From contig DATKWK010000017.1 in NCBI GenBank assembly GCA_035529595.1, positions 116,970-180,969 on the forward strand: a stretch of DNA of 64,000 bases. The letters run 5' to 3'. Source of the DNA: Candidatus Bathyarchaeia archaeon. GTDB taxonomy: Bacteria > Patescibacteriota > Microgenomatia > PFEM01 > JAFGMK01. Position 1 is the stretch's first letter. Each line of letters opens with the position of its first letter. Of the stretch, positions 59,211-64,000 are shown in pieces. The position numbers and the translations under genes were made by a program. The notes beneath the pieces are model-generated. The model did not search any database. It was given only the letters and a program-made list of their open reading frames with translations, and had not been told where the DNA came from.

Positions 59211-60524
59211 CTAGAGCCAGCCTAATGATGAATGATGGACTTCGGCTTCCACTCGGAAATGATAAGTTGCCGTCGGAATCGTGTAACTAATATAATAAAT
59301 GGTCTCGTTGCCGATTGTTCTCTGTTCAGCCGTCGTTAGCCATTCACCACCATTGATCCTGAACCGGGCACCATCGATATTTCCCTGGCTAAAAGAGGCG
59401 CTAACGCCAAAATAAATTATCTCTCCAGCTTGAAGGGAAGAATAATTGGTGATTGCTTCCCATTCCTCGTTATAGGCATGGATCCAATCACAACTGGCCG
59501 AGGGAGTCGGAGTCGGGGTCGGTGTCGGGACCCCAGTTGGGGTAGGAGTTGGAGTAATGGTTGCAGTTTCGCCACACCACTCTACTTTGACAATTGCTAG
59601 ATGAGAACCCGGAGAACTAGTGTCTCCGGTAAAATTAACAGTTACTGATAATTCGTTTTCGGTAAAGGATCCATGAACAGAGCCGCAACAAAATGTCTGG
59701 CCTTCCAGTTCTTCGTTTCCAAAATCGGGACAATTGACAGTACCTAAAGGCGTCACTAATTCGTGGACTTCATTGCTCTGAAATTGGTTTGGGTCGCCGC
59801 TCCACTGCCAAGAATTGTGGATAACAACATGGGTAGCATTTTCTGGCCTGGTAAAGGTATGCTGGAAAGATGGTTTTTGCGGTTGCCAAACTTCAGTGCT
59901 CCAGGTTTCATCATCAATTAATGGCTTACCGATTATTGTTTCGCAGTCAGGACATTCCCCCTGAGCCGGAGTCGGTGTTGGTGTCGGAACCCCAGTTGGG
60001 GTAGGAGTTGGAGTCGGCACCGACGTGGGAGTCGGAGTTGTCGTCGGACAATTGAAAACTTGGTATCGTCCCGAAGCATTGGGATTACCGTTTTGATAAA
60101 CTTCCCATTCTACCCAATCTTCGCTTACCAGAGGGAAATCGTAAGAAAAATAGTCGGAATACTGACAAGTACTCTCAGTAGTAGTAAATTCTTGTTCTTG
60201 CCATTCAGTAGTGCCTTCTTTACGAACTTTCCCCAGCCACGTACCTATGTCGCAAACATATATTCTCCAGCTATAACAGTCGCCTTCATTATGGCAGGCA
60301 GCCGTTCTAATATCTTGACGTTCCCTGATAAAAAAAAGAGTAGCAACCAGGGAGCCGGCAGTGAGTCCCATTCCGAGAAAAAGTCCTAATTTCTTTAAAT
60401 TTAAGCGCCTTTTTTCATTCGGTACAATCGCCTTTGTCTCCGCCACTGGCTCACTGAGTTTGTCTGGATCCTGTGGGTTAACTTGGCTTTGATTATTCTG
60501 ATTTTCCATTCTATTTTTTAACAA
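59211..60524 (-). CDS. membrane-anchored surface protein with PT-linkers and beta-sandwich-like domains
   Basis: N-terminal transmembrane segment and two (TPTPTP)n linkers. Confidence 0.35.
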   Translation of the reverse strand: MLKNRMENQNNQSQVNPQDPDKLSEPVAETKAIVPNEKRRLNLKKLGLFLGMGLTAGSLVATLFFIRERQDIRTAACHNEGDCYSWRIYVCDIGTWLGKVRKEGTTEWQEQEFTTTESTCQYSDYFSYDFPLVSEDWVEWEVYQNGNPNASGRYQVFNCPTTTPTPTSVPTPTPTPTGVPTPTPTPAQGECPDCETIIGKPLIDDETWSTEVWQPQKPSFQHTFTRPENATHVVIHNSWQWSGDPNQFQSNEVHELVTPLGTVNCPDFGNEELEGQTFCCGSVHGSFTENELSVTVNFTGDTSSPGSHLAIVKVEWCGETATITPTPTPTGVPTPTPTPTPSASCDWIHAYNEEWEAITNYSSLQAGEIIYFGVSASFSQGNIDGARFRINGGEWLTTAEQRTIGNETIYYISYTIPTATYHFRVEAEVHHSSLGWL

Positions 60525-61929
60525 TCTCTATAAATGAACCGCAAGCAACAAGAATTAGACCCATTATGAGACTAACTAATGTTGGAGTCAAGACCCCAGG
60601 TTTTATCTCCATAGCTGAAGGAGTAGTTGTTGGAGATGGGCTAAGGGCACCAGTTGGCTTTGTGGTCGGGGCAGGCGGAGTAGCAGTTGGACTAATGCTT
60701 GGGGTTGGCATCCCTGTTGGGCTAATAGTTACTGTCGGTTCAACGGCAGCGGGAGTTGGTGTTAATGCGGGTTGGCTGGTAGGACTAGCGGACGGTGTCG
60801 CGGTAAAAGCGGGCAGGTCACTCTCATCGGCTGCCAGAACAATAAATTGATGAGAAATCTCATGTTTTTTTCCCTGATCATCAATGTAGTTTAAAGTAAT
60901 TTTATGCTCGCCCGGTTCCAAGTTATTCGTTATCGACCAATTCCAATCTCCCCATTCGTTGGGAATTGTTTTTCCGGTAAATAAGGGCGACTCAACTTGG
61001 ATGGTAATTTCTTCGCCTGCCGGGCCTTTACCCAAAAATTCCGGTTTTTGAGTAGAGACAGCTTCGCCCGGTTTTGGATTAAGAATAATTAAGGAGTATG
61101 AAGGGGTGGAAACTGGGAGGTCTTCAAGAGAAAATCCGGAATCAGAAAGGCTGTCTTCTTCCGCTGACTTCGCTACAGTCTTTTGGCGAAAATCTAAGCT
61201 TTCTCCAAGAGTAATTGGGGGTACCGGACTGTTATTGCTCGTTGTTGTCACGGCGCTGGCCGTAAGATCTTTTCCCTGAACAAAGATTTCGATTGCCGAT
61301 GCTTCGGAATCGTAGGAAACAAAACTTGAAAGATCCTCACTTCTGGCTAAATTTAAAGGAATAGCCCAGTTTCCGGAGGAGCTAACTAAGGAAGACTGCA
61401 ACGATGAATTTGCCATGTTTAAATAGACAATAGCCTCCTCAGCGGGTTGACCGTTAATGTCGAGAATTATCCCGTAAGCCAAATCATTGGCAAGTTCCGC
61501 TTGCTTAATTTCCGGGGCGGTAGTCGTCTGATATGGAATGCCATTATCATCGTATTTTTGGGAATCGCAGTAGACTTCAAAGTAATAAGTGACCGCCGGG
61601 TCAAGACCGGTAATATTAATATAATGTACGAGATAGGCTTCTTCCTTTTCTGACTCTGTATTTCTTTCGTCTGGCCATTGCTGGTCAAATGAATTAGGCG
61701 CTTTCCCTATCTTGATCCAGCCGATTGTCGGCTTGGCAGTAACCCAGGAGACAACAAATGAGTTACTGCTAATATTACTAATTTTTAGTTGATTAGGATT
61801 ATTTTCCGCTTTTGCTTTTAGGAATATATTTTGGCTTCTTTTGATAAAGAAGACGCTGATTCCCAGGCCAATCAGTATGATAATTAGGCCGATTAGAGTA
61901 GGGATTTTCTTGTTTTGTCGGGATTCCAT
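60511..61929 (-). CDS. surface protein with an FN3-like N-terminal domain, a PT/PA-rich stalk and a C-terminal transmembrane anchor
   Basis: N-terminal transmembrane segment, ISNISSNSFVVSWVT...TYYFEV (FN3), a PT-rich tail and a C-terminal hydrophobic helix. Confidence 0.4.
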   Translation of the reverse strand: MESRQNKKIPTLIGLIIILIGLGISVFFIKRSQNIFLKAKAENNPNQLKISNISSNSFVVSWVTAKPTIGWIKIGKAPNSFDQQWPDERNTESEKEEAYLVHYINITGLDPAVTYYFEVYCDSQKYDDNGIPYQTTTAPEIKQAELANDLAYGIILDINGQPAEEAIVYLNMANSSLQSSLVSSSGNWAIPLNLARSEDLSSFVSYDSEASAIEIFVQGKDLTASAVTTTSNNSPVPPITLGESLDFRQKTVAKSAEEDSLSDSGFSLEDLPVSTPSYSLIILNPKPGEAVSTQKPEFLGKGPAGEEITIQVESPLFTGKTIPNEWGDWNWSITNNLEPGEHKITLNYIDDQGKKHEISHQFIVLAADESDLPAFTATPSASPTSQPALTPTPAAVEPTVTISPTGMPTPSISPTATPPAPTTKPTGALSPSPTTTPSAMEIKPGVLTPTLVSLIMGLILVACGSFIEIVKK

Positions 61930-61983
61930 AGGTCGATAAACATTTCCCGGTTATTGAATTAGTAGACTTAATAAAAAGATACT

Positions 61984-62292
61984 TTATTCTCTTGTTGCAG
62001 ATCCTGTCGATTGTTTTACTTCTTCCTCTATCTTTTCTTCTGTTTCTTCCGCTTCAAGTTGCGGTACGGCCTGTTTTATTTCTTCTAGAGAAATTTGCCT
62101 TTTTCCTGACAATAAGTCAATAACTTCTATATCCAACTTAGGATTAAGAGGATTAAGTTGTTGGCGAACATCTAGTTTTACCTTTGTCTCAGTATAAGCA
62201 CGATAGATATCAAAACCAGCCCAGACTAATACTGTGATTAAGGTAATGATCGCTAAGTTTAGTGTCTCTTGACTAATCCTTTTCTTTTTCAT
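61984..62292 (-). CDS. small membrane protein (possible pilus-assembly accessory)
   Basis: One transmembrane helix and an acidic C-terminus. It overlaps the PilO-like gene. Confidence 0.25.
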   Translation of the reverse strand: MKKKRISQETLNLAIITLITVLVWAGFDIYRAYTETKVKLDVRQQLNPLNPKLDIEVIDLLSGKRQISLEEIKQAVPQLEAEETEEKIEEEVKQSTGSATRE

Positions 62293-62935
62293 TTTCAGAT
62301 AAAGGTAGATAAAAAGTCTCTAATTCTAGCTTCGTACTTAATATTTTTGCAGATGATGCCCTTTTTCCTTTTTGGATAGATAGATTGTTTACATTAATTA
62401 TTCGTCTTAATTTTAAGAGAGATTCTAAAAACTTTTGCATATCTTCATAATTCCCGTTAAGTGAAAGCGTAGCCTTAAAAGTCGGATAAGGATTTTTTTC
62501 TCGCAGAACTTTCTCTTTAACATTTTGGCCTTTTTCTTGTAAAACAGCGTCTCGGCTTTGGGCGGAAGAGAATTCGAGATTATTTTCTTTAGCGATCACC
62601 TCAAGTTGGCCAAAGAAGACTGCCGGTTCGGAAGCTGGTGGTAAAGCTTCATCAATGAGAGACAACTTCGGTTTTAAAGAAGAGTATTCTTTTTGAGCAA
62701 GTGATAGATCTTTGATTTTCCCATCTAATTTATTGGTAATTTCTTTTTGATCTTTTATCTCTTTACTTAACGAAGCAATCGTTACTGTAGTGGGCTTGAT
62801 CGCGAAGAGGGCAAAAAATGAAGTTGTCACTAGCGAAAGAATAAGACTAGTGTAAATTTTTACCTGTTTTTTTTGGTAAAAATCGGCAACTTTATTTAAA
62901 TAGTTGGAATAAAGGCTATTTCCTGGTCTGAACAT
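62273..62935 (-). CDS. PilO-like type IV pilus assembly protein
   Basis: Transmembrane helix, coiled coil and C-terminal domain architecture. The gene overlaps the PilN-like gene. Confidence 0.4.
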   Translation of the reverse strand: MFRPGNSLYSNYLNKVADFYQKKQVKIYTSLILSLVTTSFFALFAIKPTTVTIASLSKEIKDQKEITNKLDGKIKDLSLAQKEYSSLKPKLSLIDEALPPASEPAVFFGQLEVIAKENNLEFSSAQSRDAVLQEKGQNVKEKVLREKNPYPTFKATLSLNGNYEDMQKFLESLLKLRRIINVNNLSIQKGKRASSAKILSTKLELETFYLPLSENEKEKD

Positions 62936-63479
62936 TTAGGTTAGAATTTAACATTACTTCTAATGAGAAACTGATTTCCATTTCCGGTTCTTTAGAGATG
63001 TTTTCTATCTTGATTTCCGTGAAATAGGGTGACTGTTTAAGATTGTTAATTAAAGTCGCTATTCCCGACTCAGATAATGACATCCCTTCAATTGCCAGTT
63101 TGTCTTTGTTAATTTCGAGATTGTCCAAAGTTACGTTTAAGGGAACCAGGCGAGCGAAGTTAGTCAAGGCCATACTGGGATCATTTATCATACCAGTTAA
63201 TTCTTTAATAACTTTAAGGTTTTTTTGGGTTAAACGAAATTCTTTTTCGAATTGCTGGGATGACCTTATTCGTGCTTGTTTAATTTCAATCTCCTCGTAG
63301 AGATCAGAGAGATCCCGATCGAGTTTGAACCGGGAGATAAAAGCGATAATCACGATCAGTTCCGTAGTAACAACGATATAACGGCCAACAGTTAAAGCCC
63401 ATTTGATTAACCTGCCAGTTGGTTTTTTTTCCCAATCTTCTTGGGGTAAAAGATTGATTTCTTTCTTGAGGGCAGCCAT
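62916..63479 (-). CDS. PilN-like type IV pilus assembly protein
   Basis: Conserved N-terminal INLLP motif, followed by a transmembrane helix and a coiled coil. The start is taken at the internal Met (MAALKKEINLLP). Confidence 0.5.
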   Translation of the reverse strand: MAALKKEINLLPQEDWEKKPTGRLIKWALTVGRYIVVTTELIVIIAFISRFKLDRDLSDLYEEIEIKQARIRSSQQFEKEFRLTQKNLKVIKELTGMINDPSMALTNFARLVPLNVTLDNLEINKDKLAIEGMSLSESGIATLINNLKQSPYFTEIKIENISKEPEMEISFSLEVMLNSNLNVQTRK

Positions 63480-63565
63480 TGAACAATAAAAAGTGATTGT
63501 TAAACTGATTTCTAGAATACAATAAAGAAGCGGCTGATTGCAATAGAGAGGAATAATATTTTGGA

Positions 63566-63850
63566 TCAACCAGTTTTTTTCTTCCTCTTCGGGGGAGATT
63601 TTTTGGCCAAGCTGGCTTTATTGATTAGCTTAGTTAGCCTGGATTTTAGACGGGCAGCCTTGTTTTTATGAATGACCCCTTTTTTAGCCGCCCGATCAAT
63701 AATCCGGCTTGCGTCAGCCTGTATAGACAGGTTGGGTTGCTTGAGGGTTGACTTCAAAACCTTCTTTAATTTATTGCGGATCAAAAGGTTCTTTAACTTT
63801 TTCCTTCGGTCGCGGCGAAGGGCTTTCTTGGCTGATTTAGTGATTGGCAT
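63566..63850 (-). CDS. rpsT: 30S ribosomal protein S20
   Basis: Basic 94-aa protein with KSAKKALRR...KGVIHKNKAARLKSRL, typical of S20. Confidence 0.8.
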   Translation of the reverse strand: MPITKSAKKALRRDRRKKLKNLLIRNKLKKVLKSTLKQPNLSIQADASRIIDRAAKKGVIHKNKAARLKSRLTKLINKASLAKKSPPKRKKKTG

Positions 63851-64000
63851 ATTTTACCGACTTAATTTTTTTAACTAAACTTAGATATTACTTTCTTGCA
63901 GCTTTTAATTATAGCAGATATAATACACGCCAGGCAATCGTTAGTTTGTCTTCTGAAGGATGGTTGAACATTTTTTTAAAAATAATTCGCGAATTTTGAC

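Noticed and set aside
58621-60850. ORFs 58621..58893, 58865..59128, 60060..60389 and 60566..60850
   Set aside because: They are antisense translations of the PT-repeat regions of the surface-protein genes, producing Gly/Val-rich artefacts.
63566-63850. PilM upstream of PilN
   Set aside because: The gene immediately upstream of the PilN-like ORF is rpsT. No actin-like PilM is present in the window.

Overview
This 64 kb window is AT-rich (apart from one GC-rich islet) with standard genetic code and many small or membrane ORFs. The gene content resembles a reduced-genome bacterium, possibly Candidate Phyla Radiation/Patescibacteria; that assignment is inference only.

Housekeeping genes identified with confidence are groES-groEL, metG, tatD, pcrA/uvrD, rpsT, a tRNA-Cys, an NAD(P)H-hydrate dehydratase, a ZIP metal transporter, ThpR, RmuC, a UvrD-like helicase–nuclease fusion, and an LCP family protein.

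The accessory content is unusual in five places:
- 2.5-7.1 kb: a toxin–antitoxin island. RelE/YefM, BrnT/BrnA and DUF433/DUF5615 modules sit in tandem, with a further ParE-like pair nearby. A 38-bp direct repeat brackets the third module, and a ~1 kb GC-rich foreign segment follows, encoding a Trp-rich secreted FN3-like protein.
- 39.7-42.9 kb: a cassette-like variable island between two FemAB-family paralogues. It holds three copies of a 20-bp direct repeat, a displaced HIT-gene 3' fragment, and several small membrane or Cys-rich ORFs of unknown function.
- ~24.8-30.3 kb and ~47-58.6 kb: two envelope glycan loci carrying five membrane glycosyltransferases with a GT-C-type DE motif and a sixth weaker candidate, plus a UbiA prenyltransferase, a WecA/MraY-type phosphotransferase, a processive GT2, a HAD-GT4 fusion, a radical-SAM enzyme and an FAD oxidoreductase.
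- 58.6-63.5 kb: PT-linker surface proteins adjacent to PilN/PilO-like genes.
- 1-348: a Hint (intein-like) domain embedded in a thioester-containing alpha-2-macroglobulin-like protein at the window start.

All calls rest on reading motifs and composition by eye. No searches were run.
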